64,000 nucleotides of DNA, taken from positions 204,292,001-204,356,000 of the forward strand of contig NC_058368.1 in the NCBI RefSeq assembly GCF_018350175.1. Direction: 5' to 3'. Shown in pieces: positions 24,030-37,129 of the stretch. A program made the position numbers and the translations under genes. This DNA comes from Felis catus. Taxonomy: Eukaryota. Under the pieces are notes generated by a model. That model saw only the letters and a list, made by a program, of their open reading frames with translations, ran no database searches and was not told where the DNA came from. Position 1 is the first letter of the stretch; the number at the start of each line of letters is the position of its first letter.

Positions 24030-24408
24030 AGAATTTCTCCAACTTTTGTATTAGGAAGGTTTGCAAACATACAGAGAAGTTGAAAGATTAGCACAATGAA
24101 CACTCGTACACCTTTCACCTAGATTAATAACTGCTAATATTTTGCCATGTTTATTTACTCTCTTCTCTCTTTGCTTGTGTGTATAAAACATTTTATATAT
24201 AAATATGTAATTTTTTTGCTAAACCATTTGAAAACAAGTTGCAAACATCATGATACGTCACTTCTAATTTTTTTTATGTTACAACTTAACATCCCTCAAT
24301 AATAAAGACATTTTGTATGTATGTAATCATGTTATCAGGTTTGTGTCTAAAATATTAACATTTGATGTATTCCACCTTTAAATTTCCCCAACTATTTCCA
24401 GAGCATAA
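24030..24408 (-). mobile_element. Old L1 (L1MC/ME-like) 3' end
   Basis: AAACATACAGAGAAGTTGAAAGA...AACCATTTGAAAACAAGTTGCAAACATCATGATAC. Confidence 0.7.
24301..24306 (+). terminator. CCL28: Candidate CCL28 polyadenylation signal AATAAA
   Basis: First canonical AATAAA downstream of the stop codon (~530 nt); lies in an old L1 remnant; usage unproven. Confidence 0.3.
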
Positions 24409-25003
24409 TTTTTTTTAATTTTTTTTTTAATGTTTATTTATTTTTGAGACAGAGAGAGACAGAGCATGAACGGGGGAGGGTCAGAGAGAGAGGGAGACAC
24501 AGAATTTGAAGCAGGCTCCAGGCTCTGAGCTGTCAGCACAGAGTCCGACGCGGGGCTCGAACTCATAGACCGTGAGATCGTGACCTGAGCTGAAGCCGGA
24601 AGCTCAACTGACCGAGCCATCCAGGCACCCCTCCAGAGCATAAATTTTTTTAAAAAAATTTGGTCGGGGGGGGGGGTACCTGGGTGGCTCAGTGGGTTGA
24701 GCATTCGACTTCAGCTCAGGCCATGATCTTGCCTTCTGCTAGTTCAAGTCCTGTTTTGGGCTCTGTGCTGACAGCTTGGACCCTGGAGCGTGCTTCTGAT
24801 TCTGTGTCTCCAAAATTTTTTAACTGTTTATTCATTTTTGAGAGACAGAGCGTGAGCAAAGAGAGGGAGACACAGAATTGGAAGCAGGCTTCTGTCTCTG
24901 AGCTGTCAGCACAGAGCCCAAAGCTGGGCCTCAACTCATGAACCGCGTGATCATGACCTGAGCTGAAGTCAGACACTTAACCGACTGAGCCATCCAGGCG
25001 CCC
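24409..25003. mobile_element. Cluster of three nested SINECs (- 24409-24631, + 24668-24811, - 24812-25003)
   Basis: Three SINE heads; target cagagcataa present three times. Confidence 0.92.
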
Positions 25004-25779
25004 TTCAGAGCATAAATTCTGTATAGGTTTTTTAATCAATCAAGATTCACATATTGTAACTAATGTTGACATTTTTTTAGTATCTTTTATTAGAAGAAAG
25101 TCCCTCTGCTTTTTTTCTTTTCTTTCTTCCCATGGCACAGACTTTTTAAAAGAGAGTCTCGGGCAGAATCTGTTCCACATTCTGGGTTAGCCTGTTTCCT
25201 CACGACCACATTCAGGTTTAACATTTTCGGTAAGAAAGAATGCTTTCTATGTGAGTTTGTATATTTCTTATTGCATTACTTAGAGTTTGTGAACATTGGC
25301 GTTCATTTTCTACATAGAAACGTTTTAACTGAATATCACTTTAATATCACATCTAGTTTAACTACTGTTGTTTGGATTGATAAATTCTGATCCTGCTTTG
25401 CTCAGGAAGCCATCTGCTTCCCACACTGAGTTCTTGGATCACTAGGGAGGGATCCAGAGTTGGAACCTATGTGGAATGATTTTACACTCTCCTCCACCAG
25501 GAGCCCTGTATCTTTTAACTCCTGGCCCATCTTCCCCACGCCTTGTGGGTGGATCCCACTGTATCGCTCATCTTTTGGCCTCCTTGTCCACAGAGGCTTC
25601 CAGATGCAGAGTAAGACCTACTTTTCATAAATAGCCATCAGATGGCAGGAACACAGTGTCCATTTTACCAGGTGTCCGGTGTCCTGTGCCTCCCTGCTGG
25701 CCAGTTCAAGCAGCGGTGTTGCCAGGCTGACTCGGAGGTCATAATGGGTCACAAGGAAGTGCTGAGCCTGATGTACATT

Positions 25780-25990
25780 AAAATAGCAAGTGGCTGTTGT
25801 CTGATTCCCCTCATGGACACTAATTTAGCATGTGATTTCTTTATTCTCACCAACAATCCTTTGAGCTTTGTATTGATATTTCTACTTTGTGGATGGAGAA
25901 ATCTGGAGCTCACGGAGATAAAATGATTTGCCCAAGATCATGCAGGAAGTGGCAGAGACAAGCCTCGTGCCTGGGCCTCCAGACCCTCCT
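25780..25990 (-). mobile_element. MIR
   Basis: AAATGATTTGCCCAAGATCATGCAGGAAGTGGCAGAG. Confidence 0.7.
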
Positions 25991-26382
25991 CGGTTCTATC
26001 ACCCCCAGCAGTGGACCCTAGAAGATGTGGACAAGGAGGTGGGGCAGAGGGAGAGGAATTTAGATAAAGATCTATGTATCTGGTGCCTCACGAAGGGCTC
26101 GGAGATGCCAGCTGACAATTTTACCTGGAAGCCTGGTATTAAAACATGCTGCTCCTGGCATTGCTGGTGCAGATACCGACGACAGCTCCCTTGGTAGGTT
26201 CAAACAGGCCCCAACCTGATTTTACTGGGTTTCACACTCCTGGGCAGAGTGGAGGAGATGGCACACTGTAGCCTCTGTTGCAAAATCTCCCTCAGCAACT
26301 TGTTCTTTTCAACTTAAAGATGGATTTTGTAAAAACAAACAAAAAAACAGCATTCTTCCACTCAAATCCATCATGCTTTAAA

Positions 26383-26593
26383 ATTTCTTTTTCAACATTT
26401 ATTTACTTTTGAGAGACCTAGAGTGAGCAGGGGAGGGGCAGAGAGAGAGGGAGACACAGAACCCGAACCAGGCTCCAGGCTCTGAGCTGTCAGCACAGAG
26501 CCCGATGCAGGGTTGGAACTCAACGAAGCGCCAGACCGTGACCTGAGCGGAAGGAAGTTGGGCGCTTAACCCACTGAGCCACCCAGGCGCCCC
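26383..26593 (-). mobile_element. SINEC
   Basis: TSD catca(t/g)gcttt. Confidence 0.92.
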
Positions 26594-26645
26594 CCATCAG
26601 GCTTTTTAATATGCTAATATGATCCTGAGGAAAATGGTTCCTAAA

Positions 26646-27002
26646 CGTCTTAGCCTGTTCAGGCTGCTATAATTCCAGAGACAAGGCGGCTTATACACAA
26701 CAAACATATATTTCTCGGCCTCTCTAGAGGCTGGCAAGTCCTGGATTCGGTATCTGGTGAAAGCCCTCTTCCGGTTGCAGACGGCTGACTTCTCCCTGTG
26801 TCCTTACAAGGTGGGAAAGACTGAGGGGGGGGGGGGGGGCTGTCTCTGAACTTCTTTTATCAGGCACAAAGCCCATTCATGACAGTTCCAGCCTCATGAT
26901 CTCAGCACCTCCCAAAGGCCCCACTTTCCACTCCCATTCTCTTCTGGGGGTTAGATTGCAACACATGGACTCTAGGGGGACACAAATATTCAAACCACAG
27001 CA
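26646..27002 (-). mobile_element. MaLR solo LTR (MLT1A-like)
   Basis: Termini GTCTTAGCCTGTTCAGGCTGCTATAA...GGGGGACACAAATATTCAAACCACAGCA; 5-bp TSD ctaaa. Confidence 0.88.
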
Positions 27003-27426
27003 CTAAATATTCCTTTTTAGCTGTGTGGTACTATCATCCAGGGTCCTCAAATTACAGGTTTTAAAAGCTGAAGAAAGCCACATTAAAGAAAAAAATGATA
27101 AAGTAATGTGAGGCTAACTTAAAAATAAATCACAAGTTTTTAAATTAGTCCTAATAATCAACACTGATGAAAAGTCAGGATAAAATACAAACATTGGTTA
27201 AATGGTAAAATTTCCAGTTATAAAATATAAAAGTTTTGGAGATGAAAATTACAGCATAGGGAATATAGTCAATAAATTTTTTTTTTTTTGAAAAAAACAA
27301 TCAGTCTCTAAGTCTCTCTGCTAACAATTTGGATTATTTTAAATTTTATCTCTCTTACCAGTGCAGATCCAGAGTTCTACACAGTTTGGGGGCAGTTATA
27401 ATGACAGTAGGTTATAGGCTATATTT

Positions 27427-27565
27427 AAAAAAAAATTTTTTTTTTTTTACATTTATTTATTTTTGAGAAACAGAGTGAGACAAAGCATGAGCAGGGGAGG
27501 GGCAGAGAGAGAAGGAGACAAGAGTGTGAGGCAGGCTCCAGGCTCTGAGCAAGGGGTCAGTACAG
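27427..27565 (-). mobile_element. 5'-truncated SINEC
   Basis: TSD ataggctatattt. Confidence 0.9.
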
Positions 27566-27885
27566 ATAGGCTATATTTTTAAAATGCAATTTTGTTGCAA
27601 TGCGGGTAAGCGAAACTTTGTATGAGGACCGCTTGCCTGGAGAGCAGCCTCTTAAAGAAATTCTGTTTTATAGGCTATCACACTTTACTAAAACATTATC
27701 ATATAACCATTGCTGTTATCTTTCCTATATGAATAGATCACCCAGGTTAACCCCTAAGTTTTTTTTCTAAGGTTACCTTTTTATAAAGCACTGCAAGTGT
27801 GTAGTAAAAAAAAATCTAAAGTCCAGCAGAATTTATAATTAAAAACATTCTCTCACTGTCTCCTCCCTATTTCCAGATTTACTTC

Positions 27886-28118
27886 TTTTTTTTTTTTTAA
27901 AGTTTATTTATTTTTGAGGGGGGGGGGAACAAGCAGGGGAGGGGCAGAGAGAGAGAGAGAGAGAGAGAGAGGAGGACAGAGGATCCAAAGTAGGCTCCCC
28001 ACTAACAACTTTGACACGGACAGCAAAAAGCCCAGTGTGGGGCCTGAACCCATGAACCTCAAGATCATGACCCGAGCCTAAGTCAGAGGCTCAACCAACT
28101 GAGCCACCCAGGTGCCCC
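27886..28118 (-). mobile_element. SINEC
   Basis: TSD caga..tacttcttt; (GA)n. Confidence 0.9.
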
Positions 28119-28176
28119 CAGACCTACTTCTTTGATGCAACCACTTTTAACCTTTTTAAAAGTTTTAGTTCTGGTG

Positions 28177-28430
28177 TTACAGGGGAGGAAAAGATTTCCT
28201 CGATCTTTTTAAGGTCCCCAGATGGGTCTGAAAAATAAGCCGACAAAGGCATTAACAGAAGAACATACACATTTATTTAATAAAAGTTCTCATCTTCTAT
28301 CTGAGGGTTTTGTGACCCGTTACAAGGAGAAAAATGGGGAGAAGAGCAGAGTGATCTCGCTTATGCCATTTTCTCAAACTCCTTCAGCCTGAAACACTCG
28401 ACATGTTAACATGCCATATTTTGGGGTAAC
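28177..28430 (-). mobile_element. ERV1-class LTR fragment
   Basis: Related to the 6410-6912 LTR ends (GGCATTAACAG, ATGCCATATTTTGGGGTA). Confidence 0.55.
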
Positions 28431-28595
28431 CCATCGGTGGTTACCTCCATAATTTCAAGTGAATGCTGAAAGTATGATTTGGTTGTTTATCAGTTTTTGG
28501 CAATATCTATTGTCTCTTTACTACTCTCAATTTCCCTTCCTTTCTCCCTCCCCATCTTGAGTTTTATTACTATTACTTTTCTTTATCTTTGTAAC

Positions 28596-29075
28596 TTTTT
28601 ATTTTATTTTTTTAAATTTTTTTTAACGTTTATTTATTTTTGAGACAGAGAGAGACAGAGCATGAACGGGGGAGGGGCAGAGAGAGAGGGAGACACAGAA
28701 TCGGAAACAGGCTCCAGGCTCTGAGCCATCAGCCCAGAGCCCGACGTGGGGCTCGAATTCACGGACCGCGAGATGGTGACCTGAGCTGAAGTTGGACGCT
28801 CAACCGACTGAGCCACCCAGGCGCCCCAATAACTTTTTATTTTTTAATTGAATTTAATTTAACTTAATTTAATTTAATTTAATTGTTTTTACTTTGAAAG
28901 AGACAGAGACAGCATGAGCAGGGGAGGGGCAGAGAGAGAGGATGAGAGAGAACCCGAGCAGGCTCTGCACTTTCAGCACAGAGCATGATTCGGGCCCAAG
29001 CTCATAAACTGAGATCATGACCTGAGCCGAGATGGAGAGTTAGACGATTAACCAGCTGAGCCACCCAGGCGCCCC
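28596..29075 (-). mobile_element. Two tandem SINECs (28596-28827, 28835-29075)
   Basis: Younger copy inserted at the tail of the older; taacttttt duplicated. Confidence 0.92.
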
Positions 29076-29350
29076 ATCTTTGTAATTTTGAATAATATAT
29101 CCACTTTCCCATCCATTAGCCTATGGATTCTAGAATTTAAGTCTCCTCTGTATGTAAGATATAGACAGGATTCCAGACCCCTTTCCTTTTTATCCTCTGT
29201 GTCACATCAGCTACACTTTTATATTTATGTGACTGAGAGTGATAATGATAATTCTGTAGAATAAGACTAAGGCTAAGGAGAAGAAGCAAGAGGAGGAGGA
29301 GGGGAAGAAGAAGAAGGGGAAGAAGGAGGAGGGGGGGGAGGAGGAGGAGA

Positions 29351-29581
29351 GGGGCACTTGGGTGGCTCAGTCGGTTGAGTGTCTAACTTCGACTCAGGTC
29401 ATGATCTCGCAGTTCATGAGTTCAAGCCCCACGTCGGGCTCTATGCTGACTGCTCAGAGCCTGGAGCCTGCTAAGGATTCTGTGTCTCTCTCTCTGCCCC
29501 TCCCCTGCTTGCACTCTCTCTCCCTCTCTCAAAAATAAATAAACATTAAAAGAAAATTTTAAAGCTCAAAAAAAAAAAAAA
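29351..29581 (+). mobile_element. SINEC preceded by a GA-rich tract (29278-29350)
   Basis: Full SINE structure. Confidence 0.92.
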
Positions 29582-29621
29582 GAATAAGAATAAGAATTTT
29601 CTTTCATGCTCTCTTCAAGGT

Positions 29622-29806
29622 GGGCTTTCTCAAACCGGGCTGGATAATTATTTTGGGGACTCTCCTATGCATTGTAGATTGATTATCAGTATATCTCTGG
29701 CCTCTACTCAGTAGATCATATCCAAGAATGACTCCAGATATTACCAAATGTTCCCTAGGGGAGGGGAGCAAAATCACTCCCTACCCTCAGCTGAGAATCA
29801 CTCACT
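29622..29806. mobile_element. MER20-like hAT MITE
   Basis: CTGGCCTCTACTCAGTAGAT...CCAGATATTACCAAATGTTCCCT...TGAGAATCACT. Confidence 0.7.
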
Positions 29807-29849
29807 GGTCTAGTAGAATCTATGGTATATCCAAAAATTGAAAACCAGA

Positions 29850-30922
29850 ATAGCTGGAAAAATTCTAAAGTACCCCCTGCCCCCAGAAACTAATTTCCCA
29901 TACATGCCTTCTCCCAAACACTAATGTAGGCGTTGCCGTGAAGGTATTTTTGCAGATGTAATTAAGGTCACAAATCAGTTGACCTTAAGACAGGGAGATT
30001 ATCAGCATGGGCGTGACTTAATCACAGGAGCTCTTTAAGTCTGAATCTGGAGGTCAGAGACAAGGTTGTCAGACTCAAAACATAAGGACTCAACATGCTA
30101 CTGCTGACTTTGGAGATGGAGGGGGCCAAGTGAAGAGGTTCAGGGCAGCTCCCCACACCTCCCCCACCAGAGTGACACTTTGACATGTGGATTATTTTGA
30201 CCTAAAGGCACCTGAGACCCTGCGGCCTCCAGAGAAATTTTTGCCCCTCCCTTACCTACAGAGAAGAATCTAAATTGGGAGTCTTTCCCAGAATAAGTGT
30301 CATTGACAGAGATAAATTTTATCTGAGAGACCCATCTGTATAGTGGGGGAATATCTAATTCCCAAACATTTGCTCTTCTTATCACCCTGTGAAATACATT
30401 TCCGTCTTCTGAAATCCCAGACCCCTCCCGGCTTCTCCTTAGTTCAGAATGACATATGTACTTCCTTTTGCTTGTCTTTGGAATTTCCATGTCTATGTGG
30501 ATTTCCCTTATGTACACTTACTAAATTTGATTTTCTCCTGCTAATCTCTTTCATGTCAGTTTGATTCTCAGTCCAGCTAGAAGGATCTTTGAGGGGACAG
30601 GAATTCTTCCTCCCTGAAACAAGTCAGCTGAGAGCAGCCTTTAGCTGGCAGTTAGCCAGGAAACAAGGACCTCAGTCCTACCACCACAAGCAACTGAATT
30701 TAGCCAGGATCAGGAATGAACTTGGAGCAGATTCTTTCATGGAGCCTCCAGAGGGAATGTAGCCCAGCCAATGTCTTGATTTCAACTTTGTGAGACCCTA
30801 AGCAGAGAACTGTCATGCCATGTGTGGACTTCAGACTTACAGACTGTGAGCTAATAAATGGGTGTCATTTAAAGGGGCTAAGTGTGTGGTACATTATTAT
30901 GCAGCAATGGAAAATTAACACA
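29850..30922 (+). mobile_element. MaLR LTR (MLT1E/F-like) interrupted by a younger LTR
   Basis: TTTGCAGATGTAATTAAGGTC...GAGCTAATAAATGGGTGTC...GCAGCAATGGAAAATTAACACA. Confidence 0.8.
30131..30619 (+). mobile_element. ERV1-class solo LTR nested in MLT1
   Basis: Begins TG; 4-bp TSD caag on both sides. Confidence 0.7.
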
Positions 30923-31787
30923 GTCAAAAAATGGCACTTGAACCGTCCTGACTATGTAAGTTTTGTTTCCTGCTGAGCCAAGAAGTGTGTTCGTTTAATA
31001 CCCTTCTCTAACAATGAACCATATGTGATTCACTATTCAGGCAACTGGAGTCTGATGGAGTCTTTCTGGGTTATTCATGTGGCGTAGACATTTTGCTTCT
31101 TTCTCAGGCATGGCCAGGCATGCAGATTTTGTGTATCTGCTTCTTGTTTTTGTCAGTCACTCATTTGAGGTATCAAGGCTCCCCCTACTAATTACAGAGA
31201 AATCTGCATTTGTGCACTAGAAGCTGTTCAAAATTCTAAGATTTTCAAGGAATAGTGTTCTTATCTCTTTTGCTGGAGAGAGCTGTGCTCTTCAATAATG
31301 CAAACCGTCTGCAATATGTCTGTCTCCAAATACATAAAATCTGGCAATGGCCTTCTAACAGATAGCCCCCAGCTTTCCCTTTCTGAGATAAAAAGCTGCC
31401 TCTATGTTCTGGTCACCCTGAGGTGGTGGATGAGTTTTATATTTGCCCCTTTTGAGGGGGGAAGACTACTGAAGCTTTCAGTCTAAATCTAAGTTGAAAA
31501 GGATCTTCCATTTTGTAAATATGGACTCTATGTAGCACCGTTAAACGTCCACTAACTATTCCAGTCCAAATTGGGTTTGCTGGAAGACAATCTAGAATAC
31601 TTCCACTCATCACGAGGAAGCTTGACTAGCAAGTGTGGGAAGGTGGGCAAGGATGACCTAAGGCTTATTGTCTTATAAGACCTGGATTTTTATATGATCA
31701 CAGAACAAATAGAACTATGGCGTGTGCTTCACAATTTATATAACCAATTTGATGCTCTTTTGGCAATTGTAGCACTTCTTAAAAATG

Positions 31788-31882
31788 TTTTCTTTTAAGT
31801 AATCTCTACACCCAACGTGGGGCTTGAACTTACAACCCTGAGATCAAGAGTTGCATGTTCTGACTGAGCCAGCCAGGTGCCC
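31788..31882 (-). mobile_element. Short old SINEC
   Basis: TSD att(g/a)tagcac. Confidence 0.85.
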
Positions 31883-32709
31883 CATTATAGCACATTAAAA
31901 AAAAAAAAAAACAGTTATAAAATCAGGTTTTCCCTCTGGTAAATTTAAGAGAACTCCAAGTTCATCTCATCCTACCCCAAATGCTGTGATTATACTCTTT
32001 CTCAAAAATCACTGAAAAATAATTTGCTTACATGGCATATTGTAGCTTTTCCATCTTGTTGCCTGTTCTATCTCTGCATAAACCACTGAAAGAGTAAATA
32101 TCTCCTTCTTTCGTCCAGGGTTTGGCACTTAGTATGCACTCAGTAAATATTTACTGATAAAACTTATGTAGGCAAGAGACCTCTCATTTGGCCAGTTACA
32201 ATGAAACCACAGAACAGTCATGCCCTCCTAATAACAACCACCCACTACTGAAGGGTGAGAAAGGTACTAAGGGTTAAATTCTGCCAAGACCTGGGCTGGG
32301 AGAGTATATTTAATAAACCAGTGGGACTGGGCTCCAGTGTTCTCAAGCTTTTCTTAATCTCAGAATTTTTATGTTCTTTATCTCTTCCCTACAGCTCTGA
32401 TACAAGCCTGTCCATAAAATGGACTTAATCTCCATTTTTGTTCATCTTTCTCTGAGGGCATAGTACTCTGTATCAGTGAGTTAAAGAAACTCCTTTGCAG
32501 AGGAGGTAAAGCAAGAGAGGTGGTTTCTGTTGGGTTGATTTTGCTAAACCTAAATCATCACAGTGCAGGCAAATTGTACCATCTGCAAGAAAATCTAGGT
32601 TTGGGAAGAAAATGGGATCATAGAGGCCTAGGGAATTATAAAGAGTGAAGAAAACAGATGATTCCCTGTTTGATTCTCCACTTTTAGAGTTGCCCTGGGA
32701 CCTACCAGC

Positions 32710-33070
32710 ATGAATTAAATTAAAAAGACGAAAATACCAAGTGTTGACAAGGATGTGGAGCAACTGGAACCCCTCTGTTTACTGAAGGGAGTGTAAAGTA
32801 ATAAAATCACTTTGGAAAACTGTCTAGAAGTATCTACTAAGGCTACATACCTATGCTATGGCCGCCAAATCCTACTCTTAAGTAATATCCAGTTAAATGA
32901 ACATACTCACCAAGACACACGTACAAGTTCACGGCAGCCCCAAAATGGGAAACTACCTAGTGCCCATCAACAGCAGGATGGATAGATTTAGAATGTTACA
33001 TTCATAAAATGAAATACTATCTGACAACGAGGAAGGGCAATTTATAATTCATGCAACAATATGGATGTAC
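32710..33070 (+). mobile_element. Old L1 3' fragment
   Basis: AATACCAAGTGTTGACAAGGATGTGGAGCAACTGGAAC. Confidence 0.75.
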
Positions 33071-33333
33071 TGACGAGGGAACAAGATTCAATGCAAAGGA
33101 ATCAGTATCACAAACGCCAGTAAGGAGCAATCTGTCAGCTTAGCTTTTTGCTTAAGTTCAATTCACTTTATTGTCAGCTCTGGTTAGTGATTTGAAGATT
33201 TGTGTGGGAGACATCAAAAATGTCCATTTCTAGACTTCCTGGGTTAGCAGATAGGCAAATAAAGTTTCATAAATAAAACATGCAATGGCATACATATATA
33301 AAATATTTTGTATTTATGTATAACACCCTATGC

Positions 33334-33334
<1 letters not shown>

Positions 33335-33368
<34 letters not shown>
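33335..33368. repeat. (AC)17 microsatellite
   Basis: Perfect dinucleotide run. Confidence 0.97.
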
Positions 33369-33370
<2 letters not shown>

Positions 33371-33474
33371 TTTGCTTTTGTGAAAAATTACTGTCCTTTC
33401 TTTCTCCCCTCCTAAGCCCACCCCCAAGGCATCACTTTGTTCTGTGTTGCTCTAATTAAACATGAATCACCTAT

Positions 33475-33670
33475 GGGGCGCCTGGGCCTTTCAGTCAGTT
33501 AAGCAACTGACTCTTGGTTTTGGCTCAGGTCACGATCTGATAGTTCTTGGAATTGAGCCCTGTGTTAGGCTCTGTGCTGACAGCATGGAGCTTGCTTGGC
33601 ATTCTCTCTCCCTCTCTGCTGCTCACTCTTTCTCTCTCTCAAAATAAATAAATAAACTTTTGGAAAAAAA
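33475..33670 (+). mobile_element. SINEC
   Basis: TSD aatcacctatg. Confidence 0.92.
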
Positions 33671-33699
33671 ATCACCTATGATCTTAACTTGTATGTAGA

Positions 33700-34066
33700 A
33701 TTTAAGAATCCCCGAACTCATAGATCCAGAGAATAGACTGGTGGTTGCCAGAGGCAGGGGGCAGGAGGGTGAGTGAAATGGGTGAAGGGGTTCAAAAGGT
33801 ACGAAATTCCAGTTATAAGATAAGTAAGTCATGGTAATATAATGTACAGCATGGTGACTGTGGTGGATACTATATTGTACATTTGAAAGTTGCTAAGAAA
33901 GTAGATCTGAAAGGTTCTCATCACAGGAAACAAAATTGTAACTATGTGGTGGTTAATGAAATGTATTGTGGTAATCATTTTGCGGTATATGCATCTATCT
34001 AATTATTCTGTTGTACACCTAACACTAATGCAATGCTATATGTCACTTATATCTCAGTAAAAAAAA
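33700..34066 (+). mobile_element. L1MA/MB-like 3' end
   Basis: AGAATAGACTGGTGGTTGCCAGAGG...ATGTCACTTATATCTCAGTAAA. Confidence 0.82.
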
Positions 34067-36519
34067 GTCTCAATGTTTATTAGCAAATAAAGACTATAAA
34101 TAAGAATTCTCTGGAGAATGCAGTGCTGTTACTGTTTCAATGATCTCAGCCTCTTTGTTTCTAGGCAGAAACGGGCAGTCACCTTGCAATGGTGATTCAG
34201 TAGTCTCAGTTGTTCTGTGAAAGGTTTCTTGAGTGGCTTCCATTTGCCACAAAACTGAAGAAAGGTCAGTGGCGAAGGCAAAGGTCACGGCAAGATCTCC
34301 CTCTCCCCCTTTCTGGCTTTGCAGCGGTTTCTTCCACAGATCTACGCAATGTTCTGGGAAAGAAGTATACGTCTGGGAAAGGGGATTAGCACTCTAACCG
34401 GACTGCCGAAATGGGAGTTCAGGGTAACCTGCCAAAACCCACTGGCAGGCAAGGCACCAACCGCTACTAAGAGAAACTAACCTGAAGGGCAGGATTCTTC
34501 TCAGCTGGTGACTTAGGCTTGATAAACACAGGCTCGGTGTCCGAGTATGGAAGTGGATTCTTTCTACCTCAGTGTGTGGTTGAGAGGCAAAGCCCTCAAG
34601 ACCCTGCCTCTTAAGTGTTAGTGTTTGAGCCTGTGTGTGACCCCGGAGAGCCATGACTGCGGGAGCCAAAGCGTGGAGCATTTCCATACGCTGGTCTGTG
34701 CCTCGGGGCGGGCCGGTGATCCTCTGGGCTCCATAGTACTGGGAAGGACTCATGAGGACAGAAGCCATGTCTCCTGTGTTCCCAGCTGCATTCTTGGTGC
34801 TTAGCCCGGTGTCTGGCACGCAGATGGTGCTCCGTGAATATCTGAGCACAAAATTGAGCATGATGAAGGATACAGGATTCAGAATACAGCAGCAGCAGCA
34901 CATTTGTGGTAGCAAGCACAGCGGCTGTGCTGGGAGACTCCAATCTCTCTCTTTACCTGGTGTTTGCAAAGGAGGAGTGTTCTACTCTGCACTGGATTCT
35001 TACACTATTCAGGCGGAAGAGATAGGCCTTGAGAAGGAAATACTCTAAATGTGAATAAAGGTAAACTAATTTGCAATCAGTTGATTGGAAAAATAAAGAA
35101 ATCTAACTGTGTTTACACCCCAAGCCAGTGGAGCAAGTCTTGCTGGTTGCATAAGGTATTGTTTCAAATATTTGAACCCTGTAGATCACAAGTGATGATT
35201 CCAAGACGGATTCCTGGAGGGGACGTGCCCGAACAAGGCTTATTTCAACTGGGTTTGTCCTTAACACACCCACATTAATTTTTTTACGTTAGAAATAGCT
35301 CCAGATTCCTCAGTGGGCTCAAGTTACTTTTCAGGGGTAAAAGGAAAAACTCGGCATTTTTAGTTCCCCAAACCAAATCCCCAAATCAGGTCAACTTTCC
35401 CCTATTTCAGGATGAGAAATCAGAGGCGGTAAAGACGACAGCAAAAATACTATCTGGCACTAACTAATATACTCTCAATAATCATTATGTAAATAATTCC
35501 AATCAAATATTAACTTTAATAGCCTTGCTTGAGTTTTTAGGGAGTTAAAAACTGCTACTTAAAACCCACACGTGCAACTTAAAAACTGTATGTGAATCTG
35601 TTTTTATAAACTAAACGGCCCTGAAGTACTCTGAAATACTTAGAAACTACGTCAGTATTGAATTTATCGTTGTAAGCTGAATTAAATTTTAAATGAAGTA
35701 AGAGAGTCTCTTAAAGAAACGTTTCCAAATATGTCATTTGGTAAAAATGAGTATTATTTTTTTTTTTAAGAGCTAATGTCGATATTTGATTTTTCGTTTG
35801 CGCAGCATTGCGTGGTAGGAGAGGAGTGCTGGATCGTTTTGATCAGACCTCACTTAACAGCCTTGTAGAGAATGTTGGATTGTTGATCTGCAAATGGCAG
35901 TAAGAAAACCTAGCTCAAAAGATTGTTGTGCAGTTAGAGAAGGAGATACGACACCTAAAGAATAGCCTGTCTCTGAGAAGAACGGTGATGCGCTGTGAGA
36001 AAAATCTGACCGACTCTTGCTGGCTTAGAGCCCTGGGGGGGGGGGGGGGGGGGGGGGGCGCCCACCCTGAAAAAAAGCAACATCTGACTATGAGGTCGGT
36101 GGAATTACACGGTATCTGAATTGAGCGTCTAAATAATGTGTCCCTATCTTTTAGTCACACGTGCTATTTGTTCCCCAGTAGGAAAATAGCTTCTGTTTCG
36201 TTGATTTGCACTGGGCAGGGAAGAAGTTTGGGAATGTGGCACAGCCTACCCGCCCCCCTTGCCCTTTCTTTACCAAGAGACCTGGATGGGAAGAGCTGGA
36301 GAGAAAGAGAACACAATGAAGGGTAAAGTACAGCAGCAGCTCTTCGTGATAAGGGAGTTTGTAATGTTTTTGTTGTTTATTTTCCCTCTGCTTCCACTTT
36401 TCACCAAGGCTGCTTCCCCAAAGCCATAGCGGAAGATCGACAGCAGTAACTGTTTCGGGCTCTCCAGTGTTCTCGGACCGCGTCAAATCACCGAAATTGA
36501 AGTGTAGGATGATCATCCG

Positions 36520-36955
36520 TGGTATACTCAATTATGGGCCCCCGTGCTTTGTCTGTCCCTACCTCCACAAGTCACTTTGCAGTTCCTGCCGCCAAAGCAG
36601 AGTGTATTTCCCCTCCTTTCGACTTTGCACTTGACCCCATGATTTGCTTTGGCAAGTTAGCAGATGTGAGGTAAAAAGAAACTCCGAAAGTCCTTATGTG
36701 GCGAGGCCGAGCCTCCTGCACTGTCACTGGAGAAGAATCCTCCCCTCTGTGCAGCTGCTCCCTCAAGTCTGGGTCCCAGAATGAAAACACACGGAGAAGA
36801 GATCTGAGCTGGCCAGACCCACAGCCTGAACGGAAGCTCTCTGCTGAACCTCGCCTAAATCAGTTGGCTAACCTGTGGACGTGTGAACAAATCAATGATT
36901 GCTGTTTTAAATCACTGAGTTTTGGAGTGATTTGTTACACAGTGGTAGCTGACAC
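36520..36955 (+). mobile_element. MaLR LTR (MLT1H/J-like)
   Basis: 3' end TGTTTTAAATCACTGAGTTTTGGAGTGATTTGTTACACAG...GCTGACACA. Confidence 0.7.
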
Positions 36956-37129
36956 ACCACATTTCTGGTGGAAGAGAAGTAGAGAGAAAGGAATACTTTT
37001 TCATATGGATTCACAGATTCATATGGATTCATGGATTCACAGGGGAAATGCTGCTCCATCAAAGGCTGGAGGAGAAGAAAATATGTAATTGGGCCAGGGT
37101 GACGAGGAGACTATAAGAAAAACAAGATA

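Noticed and set aside
34394..34969. Longest ORF in the track (191 aa)
   Set aside because: Overlaps an L2 remnant, no recognisable domain, non-ATG start
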